Of a stretch of DNA of 41,991 bases, positions 34,905-41,991 are shown piece after piece. The notes beneath the pieces are model-generated. The model made no database searches. It was not told the origin of the DNA and saw nothing but the letters and a program-made list of their open reading frames with translations. This stretch comes from Thermoanaerobaculia bacterium. GTDB taxonomy: Bacteria; Acidobacteriota; Thermoanaerobaculia; UBA5066; Gp7-AA6. Position 1 is the stretch's first letter; each line of letters opens with the position of its first letter. The position numbers and the translations under genes were made by a program. Location of the stretch: positions 1-41,991 of the forward strand of contig DATIRW010000268.1 in the NCBI GenBank assembly GCA_035469365.1. The letters run 5' to 3'.

Positions 34905-35837
34905 CTAGAGGTTCGCGCGGCGGCGCGCGGCGTCCACGGTGTTCTGGAGGAGCATGGCGATGGTCAGCGGGCCGACGCCTCCCGGGACGGGCGTGATCCA
35001 CGAGGCGACGCGGCAGACGCCGTCGAAGTCCACGTCGCCGATGAGAACGCGCCCCTTCCGCGCGATGCCGTCGGCGATGCGCGCGGACTGCCGCAGGTGC
35101 GCAGGCGCCTCCTCGATCGTCTCGAGCCGGTTGATGCCGACGTCCACGACGGCCGCGCCTTCGCGGACGAAGTCGCTGGTGACGAATCCCGGCTTTCCGA
35201 TGGCGACGACGAGGATGTCCGCGCGGCGGCAGGTCGCGGGGAGGTCTTTCGTTTTCGAGTGACAGACGGTGACCGTTGCATTGCGCGAGGTCAGCAGCGC
35301 CGCCGTCGGCTTGCCGACGATCTCGCTGCGGCCCAGGACCACCGCGTTGGCGCCCGCGATCGGGATCTCGTAGGCGTCGAGCATGGCGAGGATCCCGGCC
35401 GCCGTGCACGGCACGAACCGTGGCCGCCCCTGGACCAGCAGGCCGACGTTCTCCGGGTGCAGGCCGTCCACGTCCTTCCCGGGGTCGATCGAATCGAAGA
35501 CCCTCCTTGCGTCGTGGCCCGGAGGCAAGGGAAGCTGGACGAGGACTCCGTCCACCGCTCGATCCCTGTTGGCCCGCTCGACTTCTTCGAGGAGCCGTTG
35601 CGGCGCCGCATCCTCCGGCAGGCGGATTGTCTCGGCGAGACAGCCGGCTTCCTGGGCCGCGCGGGTCTTGGAGGAGACGTACGTCACCGAGGCAGCGTCC
35701 TCGCCCACGAGAATGACCCGCAACGACGGGGGCGAGCCGCGCCCGCTGATTTCTCGGGCCTGCGCGCGAATCTTTTCGCGCAGCGTCCGCGCGAGAGAGA
35801 CGCCGTCCAGGAGCCGCGCGGTCGGGAGAGCCTCCAT
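34905..35837 (-). CDS. folD: Bifunctional methylenetetrahydrofolate dehydrogenase/methenyl-THF cyclohydrolase
   Basis: 310 aa. Motifs VILVGEDAASVTYVSSK, DGVLVQLPLP, VVLGRSEIVGKP and TPVPGGVGPLTIAMLL. Confidence 0.92.
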   Translation of the reverse strand: MEALPTARLLDGVSLARTLREKIRAQAREISGRGSPPSLRVILVGEDAASVTYVSSKTRAAQEAGCLAETIRLPEDAAPQRLLEEVERANRDRAVDGVLVQLPLPPGHDARRVFDSIDPGKDVDGLHPENVGLLVQGRPRFVPCTAAGILAMLDAYEIPIAGANAVVLGRSEIVGKPTAALLTSRNATVTVCHSKTKDLPATCRRADILVVAIGKPGFVTSDFVREGAAVVDVGINRLETIEEAPAHLRQSARIADGIARKGRVLIGDVDFDGVCRVASWITPVPGGVGPLTIAMLLQNTVDAARRRANL

Positions 35838-35906
35838 CCGCCTGAATCATAAGGGGTCCGGGGGAGGTTGTCCGCCGGGCGCGGTCTCTCCGGAATGCCG
35901 AATTCC

Positions 35907-35935
35907 TTGACTCCGCACCCCTGCTTGCGTATCCT
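35907..35935 (+). promoter_or_regulatory. Candidate sigma-70 promoter of rplM-rpsI
   Basis: TTGACT (35907-35912), a 17-nt spacer, then TATCCT (35930-35935). An ~80-nt leader follows, containing the hairpin GAGCCTG-CCT-CAGGCTC. Confidence 0.45.
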
Positions 35936-36016
35936 TACGCGCCCTCAAACAGGGTCGGGGGATGAGCCTGCCTCAGGCTCGCGCGCCGGTTTCGTTGAAT
36001 TAAGGAGTCCGGTTTC

Positions 36017-36475
36017 ATGAGTTCAGGGACATCTCCGGCTTTGCGCGGCGCGGTCCACCAGGAGTGGTGGGTCGTGGATGCGACAAACAAGGTCCTGGGG
36101 CGGCTGGCCACGCGCGTCGCGCGCGTCCTCTGCGGCAAGCACCGCGCGAGTTACCTCCCTTATCGCGACATGGGGGATTTCGTCGTCGTGACCAACGCCG
36201 ACAAAGTCGTGCTGACGGGCCGCAAGGCCGAAGAGAAGGTCTACCGCCACCACACGGGCTATCCCGGCGGCCTGAAGTCCGTGAGCGCGAAGGAGCAGTC
36301 GGCGAAATATCCCGAGAGGCTCATCGAAGAGGCGGTGCGCGGCATGCTGCCCAAATCCAAGCTCGGACGCAAGCAACTGAAGAAGCTCAAGGTCTATCGC
36401 GGGGCGTCACACCCCCACGAGGCGCAGAAGCCGCGCGTGCTGACGCTGCCCGTGCGCCGCGCGGCGACCAGGTGA
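36017..36475 (+). CDS. rplM: 50S ribosomal protein L13
   Basis: 152 aa. WWVVDATNKVLGRLATRVA..., HHTGYPGGLK. AAGGAG Shine-Dalgarno 8 nt upstream. Confidence 0.93.
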   Translation: MSSGTSPALRGAVHQEWWVVDATNKVLGRLATRVARVLCGKHRASYLPYRDMGDFVVVTNADKVVLTGRKAEEKVYRHHTGYPGGLKSVSAKEQSAKYPERLIEEAVRGMLPKSKLGRKQLKKLKVYRGASHPHEAQKPRVLTLPVRRAATR

Positions 36476-36492
36476 GAAGCTGAGGAGGAACA

Positions 36493-36888
36493 TTGGCGGT
36501 TGAAATCCAGCACAGGGCCACCGGAAGACGCAAGAGCGCGATGGCTCGCGTGCGGCTCCTTCCCGGTTCCGGCTCCATCACGGTCAACAAACGCACGCTC
36601 GACGATTACTTCCCCAACAACGTTCTGAAGATGGTCATCAAGCAGCCTCTCCTCTCCACGGAGACGGCCGAGCGCTTCGACATCCACGTGACAGTCGCGG
36701 GCGGCGGTCCGACGGGACAGGCCGGCGCGATCCGCCATGGCATCGCGCGGGCGCTGACCGAGTACAACGGGGAATTGCGCAAGAAACTGAAGAAGGAAGG
36801 CTTCCTGACCCGCGATCCGCGGATGAAGGAACGCAAGAAGTACGGGCAGCGCGGCGCCCGCGCCCGGTTCCAGTTCAGCAAGAGATAG
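36493..36888 (+). CDS. rpsI: 30S ribosomal protein S9
   Basis: 131 aa. TTG start 4-5 nt after [19 protein letters not shown] near the N-terminus and the C-terminal [17 protein letters not shown]. Confidence 0.93.
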   Translation: MAVEIQHRATGRRKSAMARVRLLPGSGSITVNKRTLDDYFPNNVLKMVIKQPLLSTETAERFDIHVTVAGGGPTGQAGAIRHGIARALTEYNGELRKKLKKEGFLTRDPRMKERKKYGQRGARARFQFSKR

Positions 36889-36893
36889 CAACC

Positions 36894-36980
36894 AAGGTGG
36901 TGGGTGATAGGTGGACGGTGGCAGGGACGAGGGCTCTCGGGCCTTCCCTGACACCTGATACCTGACACCTGACACCTAAC
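36894..36980. repeat. Heptamer-palindromic element between rpsI and rpsB
   Basis: The left arm is AAGGTGG TGGGTGA TAGGTGG ACGGTGG CAGGGAC, followed by a 15-nt loop. The right arm is TTCCCTG ACACCTG ATACCTG ACACCTG ACACCTA. The period is exactly 7 nt on both arms. Confidence 0.85.
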
Positions 36981-36996
36981 TATAAGGAGGTGTGAT

Positions 36997-37779
36997 CTGG
37001 CATCTATTTCGATGAAGGAACTGCTCGAGGCTGGCGTCCACTTTGGTCATCAGACCAAGCGCTGGAACCCGAAGATGAAGAAGTTCATCTTCGGGAAGCG
37101 CAACGGGATCTACATCATTGACCTTCAGAAGACGCTCAAGCAGTTCAAGGAAGCCTCGAAATTCGTCACGGAGCTGGCCGCGCAGGGGAAGAATCTCCTC
37201 TTCGTCGGCACCAAGCGCCAGGCGCAAGACGCGATCTACGAGGAGGCCAACCGCTGCGGGATGTTCTACGTGAACACGCGGTGGCTCGGCGGCACGCTGA
37301 CCAACTTCTCGACGATCCGCAAGTCCATTCACCGCTTGAAGGAGATCGACGGGATCCTCGCCCAGGAGGACAACGAGAACCTGACCAAGAAAGAGCGGCT
37401 GCGGCTGGAGCGCGAGAAGGAGAAGCTCGAGAAGAACCTGACCGGGATCAAGGAAATGGACGAGCTACCCGACGCGCTGTTCGTCATCGACCCGAAGCAG
37501 GAGTACATCGCGGTCAAGGAGGCGAACATCCTCGGCATCCCGGTCGTCGCTGTGGTGGATACCAATTGCGACCCCGACGTGATCGACCACGTGATTCCGG
37601 GCAACGACGACGCCATCCGGGCGATCCGGCTGTTTACGTCGCGCGTCTCGGACGCGGTGCTGGAAGGGCTGCACGCCCACGAGGAGCGTGGCGCGGCGAG
37701 CGAGGCGGGTTCCGAGGAATCGAGGCCGCGCACGCCCGAGCTCTCCACGACCGCAGTCGTTTCGGACGTCGCCTCGTAA
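36997..37779 (+). CDS. rpsB: 30S ribosomal protein S2 (probable CTG start)
   Basis: The track ORF starts at the ATG at 37012 ([22 protein letters not shown]). The in-frame CTG at 36997 lies 6 nt after AAGGAGG (36984-36990). It yields (M)[12 protein letters not shown], which aligns with the canonical S2 N-terminus MAxVSM. Confidence 0.9.
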   Translation: MASISMKELLEAGVHFGHQTKRWNPKMKKFIFGKRNGIYIIDLQKTLKQFKEASKFVTELAAQGKNLLFVGTKRQAQDAIYEEANRCGMFYVNTRWLGGTLTNFSTIRKSIHRLKEIDGILAQEDNENLTKKERLRLEREKEKLEKNLTGIKEMDELPDALFVIDPKQEYIAVKEANILGIPVVAVVDTNCDPDVIDHVIPGNDDAIRAIRLFTSRVSDAVLEGLHAHEERGAASEAGSEESRPRTPELSTTAVVSDVAS

Positions 37780-37868
37780 GTAAGGTCTGAAGTCTAAGGT
37801 CTATGGTCTGAGGTCCGGTCTCGGGGTCGATTGACCTTAGACTTTAGACATTAGAGCTTAGACAGCTC
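37776..37868. repeat. Heptamer-palindromic element between rpsB and tsf (TRAGGTC / GACNTTA words)
   Basis: The left arm is TAAGGTC TGAAGTC TAAGGTC TATGGTC TGAGGTC. The right arm is GACCTTA GACTTTA GACATTA GAGCTTA GAC. A 12-bp perfect inverted repeat pairs AAGTCTAAGGTC (37790-37801) with GACCTTAGACTT (37833-37844). Confidence 0.85.
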
Positions 37869-37881
37869 TCGTAGGGGAACC

Positions 37882-38778
37882 ATGGAAATATCGTCCAAAG
37901 CGGTGGCGGACCTGCGCGCCGAGACCGGCGTCGGGATGATGGATTGCAAGAAGGCGCTGGTGGAAGCGGGCGGCGACTTCGAGGAAGCCCGCAAGATCCT
38001 TCGCAAGCGCGGTCTCGCGACCGCCGCGCGGAAGGCGGATCGGGCGACATCGGAAGGGCTCGTCGTCGCGCGCGTGACGCTGGGGGCCGCCGCGCTCGTC
38101 GAGGTCAATTGCGAGACGGATTTCGTCGCGAGGACATCTGACTTTCGCGACCTGGCCGAAGGCCTCTCCGAGCTCGTCGCGGCGCACGCGGCGTTCGGAG
38201 AGACGCGGTCGGGAGACGCGGCGCAGTTGGCGCGACTTCCCGCCCCCGGGAAGCCGACGGAGACGGTGGCCGAGGCCGTCACCCACCTGATTGCCAAGCT
38301 CGGGGAGAACATGGGCATCCGGCGGTTTGCGCGGCTGTCGCCGCGGCCGGGCGAGCGGTTCGCGAGCTACGTCCATGGCAACGGGCGTATCGGAGTCCTC
38401 GTCGGCCTCTCCGGCGGCGACGACGCTCTCGGCAAGGACCTCGCGATGCACGTCGCGGCCTCCGACCCGCGTTTCGCTTCGCGGGCGGAAGTCACGCCCG
38501 AGATGCTCGCGACCGAACGGGAGATCGCCCGGGCGCAGGCCGCCGCCGCGGGAAAGCCGCCGCAGGTCGTCGAGCGCATCGCGGAGGGGAAGGTCGAGAA
38601 GTTCTACCAGGAGACGGTCCTGACGGAGCAGGCCTTCGTGAAGGATCCGGAGAAAACGGTCGGGCAGGTCATCGTCGAGCGGGGCGGCAAGGAGGCCCTG
38701 GACGTGCGTTTTGTCCGCTTCAAGTTGGGAGAGAATCTCGGCCGTGCCGAAGGGCGCCCGGACGAGCAGCCGAGCTGA
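37882..38778 (+). CDS. tsf: Translation elongation factor Ts
   Basis: 298 aa. N-terminal UBA-like region [26 protein letters not shown], and the dimerisation domains. Confidence 0.93.
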   Translation: MEISSKAVADLRAETGVGMMDCKKALVEAGGDFEEARKILRKRGLATAARKADRATSEGLVVARVTLGAAALVEVNCETDFVARTSDFRDLAEGLSELVAAHAAFGETRSGDAAQLARLPAPGKPTETVAEAVTHLIAKLGENMGIRRFARLSPRPGERFASYVHGNGRIGVLVGLSGGDDALGKDLAMHVAASDPRFASRAEVTPEMLATEREIARAQAAAAGKPPQVVERIAEGKVEKFYQETVLTEQAFVKDPEKTVGQVIVERGGKEALDVRFVRFKLGENLGRAEGRPDEQPS

Positions 38779-38806
38779 GGACCCGAGCCCGGGAGCCTTG
38801 AGAAGA

Positions 38807-39532
38807 ATGAGCGAGGGCCCCGCCTACAAGCGCATCCTCCTGAAGCTCTCCGGGGAAGCCTTGATGGGGGAACAGAAGTTCGGCATTGCTCCCGACGTCG
38901 TGGCGCGCATGGCCGACGAGATCCGCGACGTGCATCAGATGGGCGTCGAGATCGCGGTCGTCGTCGGCGGCGGTAACATCATCCGGGGCGTCTCCGCGGC
39001 CGCGCAGGGCATCGACCGGGTGGCGGCGGACCACATGGGGCTGCTCTCGACGGTCATCAACGGCCTCGCGCTGCAGGACGCCCTGGAGAAGAGGGGCGTG
39101 AGGACGCGGCTGATGTCGGCCGTCGAAGTCCGTCAGATCGCGGAGCCGTTCATCCGGCGACGCGCGATCCGCCACCTGGAAAAGGGGCGCGTCGTTCTCT
39201 TCGCCGGGGGCACGGGCAATCCCTTCTTCACGACCGATTCGGCGGCGGCGCTGCGCGCCAACGAGATCAAGGCGGACGTGCTGCTGAAGGCGACGCGGGT
39301 GGACGGCGTGTACGACGCCAACCCCGAGACCGACAGGGAGGCGAGGTTCCTGAAGAACGTCTCCTACCGCCAGGCCCTGGAGCAGGGTCTCCGGGTCATG
39401 GACGCGGCCGCCATCGCGCTCTGCATGGACAACGGGATTCCGATCAAGGTCTTCAATCTGGGTGTTCGGGGCAACATCGAGCGGGTCGTCCGGGGTGAAG
39501 ACATCGGCTCGCTCGTTTCAGCGGAGGCATGA
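38807..39532 (+). CDS. pyrH: UMP kinase
   Basis: An internal ATG at 38807 gives [21 protein letters not shown]..., followed by [10 protein letters not shown] and [20 protein letters not shown]. Confidence 0.92.
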   Translation: MSEGPAYKRILLKLSGEALMGEQKFGIAPDVVARMADEIRDVHQMGVEIAVVVGGGNIIRGVSAAAQGIDRVAADHMGLLSTVINGLALQDALEKRGVRTRLMSAVEVRQIAEPFIRRRAIRHLEKGRVVLFAGGTGNPFFTTDSAAALRANEIKADVLLKATRVDGVYDANPETDREARFLKNVSYRQALEQGLRVMDAAAIALCMDNGIPIKVFNLGVRGNIERVVRGEDIGSLVSAEA

Positions 39533-39536
39533 GGCC

Positions 39537-40091
39537 ATGCGGCAGGAACTCAAAGACATCGAACAGCACATGAACGGCGCGATCGCGCATTTGAAGGACC
39601 GCTTCAAGACGCTGCGGACGGGCCGCGCGAACCTCGGAATCCTCGACGGGATCCTCGTGTCGGCCTACGGCGCCGACGTGCCGATCAACCAGGTGGCCAA
39701 CCTCTCGGTCCCCGAGCCGACTCTCATCGTGGCTGCGCCATGGGACCCCAAGATGTCGGGAGAGATCGAGCGCGCGATCCGCAAGTCGGACCTGGGATTG
39801 AACCCGCAGTCGGACGGGAAGATCGTGCGCATTCCGATCCCGTCCCTGACGGAGGAGCGCCGCAAGGAGCTCGCGAAGAAGGCCCACCACATGGCCGAGG
39901 AAGCGCGCGTTGAGATCCGGCGCTTCCGCCACGAGGGGAACGACCGGATCAAGAAGATGTTCAAGGAGAAGCAAATTTCCGAGGACGACGAGCGGCGCGG
40001 CCTGGAGGAATCCCAGAAGCTGACAGACAAGAAGATCGCCGAGGTGGACGAGCTCCTGAAGAACAAAGAAAAGGAGATCATGGCTGTCTAA
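39537..40091 (+). CDS. frr: Ribosome recycling factor
   Basis: An internal ATG at 39537 gives a 184-aa product. LRTGRANLGILDGILV, NPQSDGKIVRIPIPSLTEERRKEL. Confidence 0.92.
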   Translation: MRQELKDIEQHMNGAIAHLKDRFKTLRTGRANLGILDGILVSAYGADVPINQVANLSVPEPTLIVAAPWDPKMSGEIERAIRKSDLGLNPQSDGKIVRIPIPSLTEERRKELAKKAHHMAEEARVEIRRFRHEGNDRIKKMFKEKQISEDDERRGLEESQKLTDKKIAEVDELLKNKEKEIMAV

Positions 40092-40131
40092 GTGGTCGGG
40101 GGACCTTGCGGTTCACCCGAACCCCCAGGCC

Positions 40132-40166
40132 GATTTTGGATTTTCGATTTTGGATTCTGGATTGAG
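40132..40166. repeat. Tandem heptamer array GATTTTG GATTTTC GATTTTG GATTCTG GATTGAG upstream of ispD
   Basis: Exact 7-nt period, read directly. It sits between the frr stop (40091) and the ispD Shine-Dalgarno. Confidence 0.75.
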
Positions 40167-40187
40167 GAGACCGGGATCGCATCCTTC

Positions 40188-40835
40188 TTGATTGTCGTGG
40201 CGGCAGGATCGGGCAGCCGGCTGGGACGGCCCGAGCCGAAGGCGCTGGTCCCTGTTTTCGGGAGGCCGCTTCTTTCCTGGACGCTCGAGGCTCTTTCGTC
40301 GCTCTCCTTCGCGGGAACGGTCGTCGCGGCGCCCCCCGGAAGGCTCGACGAGATCCGGGCTCTGGTGGGAGACGGGTCCAAGGTGGTCGAAGGTGGAGAA
40401 ACCCGTGCCGCCTCGGTTCGCAACGCCTTCCAGGCTTGCGGCGCCGGCGGACGCCACCTCGTTTGCATCCACGACGCGGCGCGTCCCTTCGTGACCCCCG
40501 TTGAAGTCGCGGCCATCCTGCGGGCGGCCGAGGAAGGCGGCGTGGCGATCGCCGCGACGCCGATTCCCGATACGGTCAAGAAGCTGGAGAAGGGCCGGAT
40601 CGCGGCCACGCTCGACCGGACGAACCTCTGGGCCGCGGGGACTCCGCAAGTTTTTCGGGCCGAGCTGCTCGCCCGGGCGCTCGAGTCCGGCGACGAGGCG
40701 ACCGATGAGGCCGCTCTCTGCGAAACGCTCGGCATTCCCGTCGCGGTCGTGCCGGTCTCGCGGCTCGGTTTCAAGATCACGACGCCGGAAGACCTGGAAA
40801 TCGCCGAAGCCATCCTGAGAGGCCGCGTTCGATGA
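40188..40835 (+). CDS. ispD: 2-C-methyl-D-erythritol 4-phosphate cytidylyltransferase
   Basis: Motifs VVAAGSGSRLG, IHDAARPFV and KITTPEDL. The start is uncertain: TTG 40188, GTG 40197, or a non-canonical ATC 40176 lying 6 nt after GAGGAG. The track start GTG 40092 would translate a heptamer repeat element. Confidence 0.85.
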   Translation: MIVVAAGSGSRLGRPEPKALVPVFGRPLLSWTLEALSSLSFAGTVVAAPPGRLDEIRALVGDGSKVVEGGETRAASVRNAFQACGAGGRHLVCIHDAARPFVTPVEVAAILRAAEEGGVAIAATPIPDTVKKLEKGRIAATLDRTNLWAAGTPQVFRAELLARALESGDEATDEAALCETLGIPVAVVPVSRLGFKITTPEDLEIAEAILRGRVR

Positions 40836-41356
40836 ATCGAAGCCAGCGCGTCGGGATCGGCTTCGACGCGCATCCCTTCTCGGAGGGGCGCGCGTTGAGG
40901 CTGGGAGGCGTCGAGATCCCGCACCCGCGCGGACTGAGAGGGCACTCCGACGGAGATGCGCTGCTGCATGCCATCGCGGACGCAGTGCTCGGAGCGGCCG
41001 GTCTCGGGTCTCTGGGCGAGCAATTTCCCGACGACGATCCTTCCTGGAAGGGGGCCGACAGCGCGCTCTTCGTGACGCGCGCCCGCGACCTTGCAGTCGG
41101 GCGCGGTTTCGAGGTGGAGAACCTGGACGCCGTTGTGATCACCGAAGTCCCGAGGCTCGCACCCCATGTCGGAGAGATCCGCCGGCGCCTCGCCGCGCTT
41201 CTCGGCGTCGATGCCGGCGCCGTCAGCGTCCGCGGCACCAGTTCCAACGGCCTCGGCTTCACCGGCCGCGGAGAGGGCATCGCCGTCATGGCCGTCGTTC
41301 TTCTCGTTGGCCGACCCGATCACGAATCACAAATCACAAGCCACGAATCCAAATGA
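40832..41356 (+). CDS. ispF: 2-C-methyl-D-erythritol 2,4-cyclodiphosphate synthase
   Basis: 174 aa. GIGFDAHPF, GHSDGDALLHA. ATGA overlap with ispD. The C-terminal tail ...DHESQITSHESK is encoded by a heptamer repeat element. Confidence 0.9.
   Translation: MNRSQRVGIGFDAHPFSEGRALRLGGVEIPHPRGLRGHSDGDALLHAIADAVLGAAGLGSLGEQFPDDDPSWKGADSALFVTRARDLAVGRGFEVENLDAVVITEVPRLAPHVGEIRRRLAALLGVDAGAVSVRGTSSNGLGFTGRGEGIAVMAVVLLVGRPDHESQITSHESK
41318..41356. repeat. Tandem heptamer array GATCACG AATCACA AATCACA AGCCACG AATCCAA at the ispF 3' end (opposite word orientation to 40132-40166)
   Basis: Exact 7-nt period. It encodes the ispF C-terminal tail and contains the ispF stop / next-gene ATG overlap. Confidence 0.7.
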
Positions 41357-41991
41357 TCCTATCCCGCCTGAATCCGATCGCCGAGGCGATCCGGTCCCGC
41401 CCGCGGCAGGTCGAGTGGGGGATGTTTGACTCCGGACGTCGCGACCGGCGGATCAACGAGTTGAAGAGGCTCTGCCGCGCCGCTGCCGTGTCGGTTCGGT
41501 ACGGCGGGGCAGGAGCCCTCGACCGCCTCGCCCGCGCCAACCAGGGGGCGGTGGCGCGGCTGGCCGTCCGCGAGTACCGCCCTGAGGAGGAAGCGCTGGC
41601 AGGCGAGACGGGTCAACGCTTTCTCCTCGTGCTCGACGAGATCCAGGACCCCCAGAACCTGGGAGCCGTCCTTCGGGTCGCGGAGGGGCTCGGGGCGCGG
41701 GTGGTGCTGCCGGAACGAGGGTCTGCTCCACTCTCGGAGGCCGTGGAGAGAGCCTCGGCCGGAGCGGTCGAACGGGTGCCGGTCATCCGGGTCACCAACC
41801 TTCGAAGATTTCTGGATCTCATTAAGGATAAGGGGTTTGTCGTCGTGGGTCTGGACGCCGACGGCTCCGATCTCTTCGGTATGGACCTGACGGGAGACCT
41901 GGCGCTCGTCCTTGGCGCCGAGGGCAAGGGAATGCGCCGCCTGGTGCGGGAAGGGTGTGACTTCCTGGCACGGATACCCATGAAAGGGGCG
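41353..41991 (+). CDS. TrmH/SpoU-family RNA 2'-O-methyltransferase (RlmB-like), 3'-truncated by the window end
   Basis: My own translation from the ATG at 41353 (ATGA overlap with ispF) is open to the window end. It reads MILSRLNPIAEAI...LVLDEIQDPQNLGAVLRVAEGLGA...LALVLGAEGKGMRRLV..., which carries SpoU methylase motifs. Confidence 0.85.
   Translation, partial: MILSRLNPIAEAIRSRPRQVEWGMFDSGRRDRRINELKRLCRAAAVSVRYGGAGALDRLARANQGAVARLAVREYRPEEEALAGETGQRFLLVLDEIQDPQNLGAVLRVAEGLGARVVLPERGSAPLSEAVERASAGAVERVPVIRVTNLRRFLDLIKDKGFVVVGLDADGSDLFGMDLTGDLALVLGAEGKGMRRLVREGCDFLARIPMKGA

Noticed and set aside
40092-40187. GTG 40092 as the ispD start
   Set aside because: It would translate the heptamer array into ...RFWIFDFGFWIEE... 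ahead of the conserved VAAGSGSRLG N-terminus. A GAGGAG Shine-Dalgarno lies downstream of the array.
40088-41323. 411-aa minus-strand ORF antisense to ispD-ispF
   Set aside because: The plus-strand frames carry canonical IspD and IspF motifs. The antisense product is low-complexity.

Overview
This is a high-GC bacterial chromosomal segment, most likely Acidobacteriota, because it carries three ADOP-type duplicated FtsX/MacB-like permeases. About 34 protein genes are supportable. I found no rRNA, tRNA, CRISPR array or obvious transposase.

Left part (225-12187): housekeeping and stress genes. These are a GT2-like gene, miaE, coaE, an amidohydrolase, a glucoamylase-like gene, a flavoprotein disulfide reductase, a PRC-barrel protein, a DJ-1/PfpI protein, a YflT-like membrane protein, and a two-subunit molybdo-hydroxylase.

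Centre (12216-31105): one co-directional minus-strand block.
- A BlaI-type repressor, an M56 BlaR1-like protease and a secreted protein are chained by ATGA overlaps. The protease's sensor domain is replaced by ~29-aa RIHG repeats, and the secreted protein is built from the same repeats.
- Next comes a candidate sigma-54 promoter, then an HlyD adaptor, two ABC ATPases and three ADOP permeases. Two of the permeases carry single-base frameshifts.
- The block ends with a sigma-54-dependent response regulator, a histidine kinase with no periplasmic domain, and a wHTH-TM-TolB-propeller regulator.

Right part (31332-41991): a fused membrane/spermidine-synthase-like/TPR protein, folD, rplM-rpsI, rpsB-tsf-pyrH-frr, ispD-ispF and a partial SpoU methyltransferase.

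The most unusual non-coding signal is a family of intergenic elements built from tandem degenerate heptamers (CAGGTRY, TAGGTGR, TRAGGTC, TTGGACN, GATTTTG). They are usually arranged as inverted arms that can form long hairpins. They occur at about ten loci, and some run into the 3' ends of genes.

Everything was read by eye. No database or folding computation was run.
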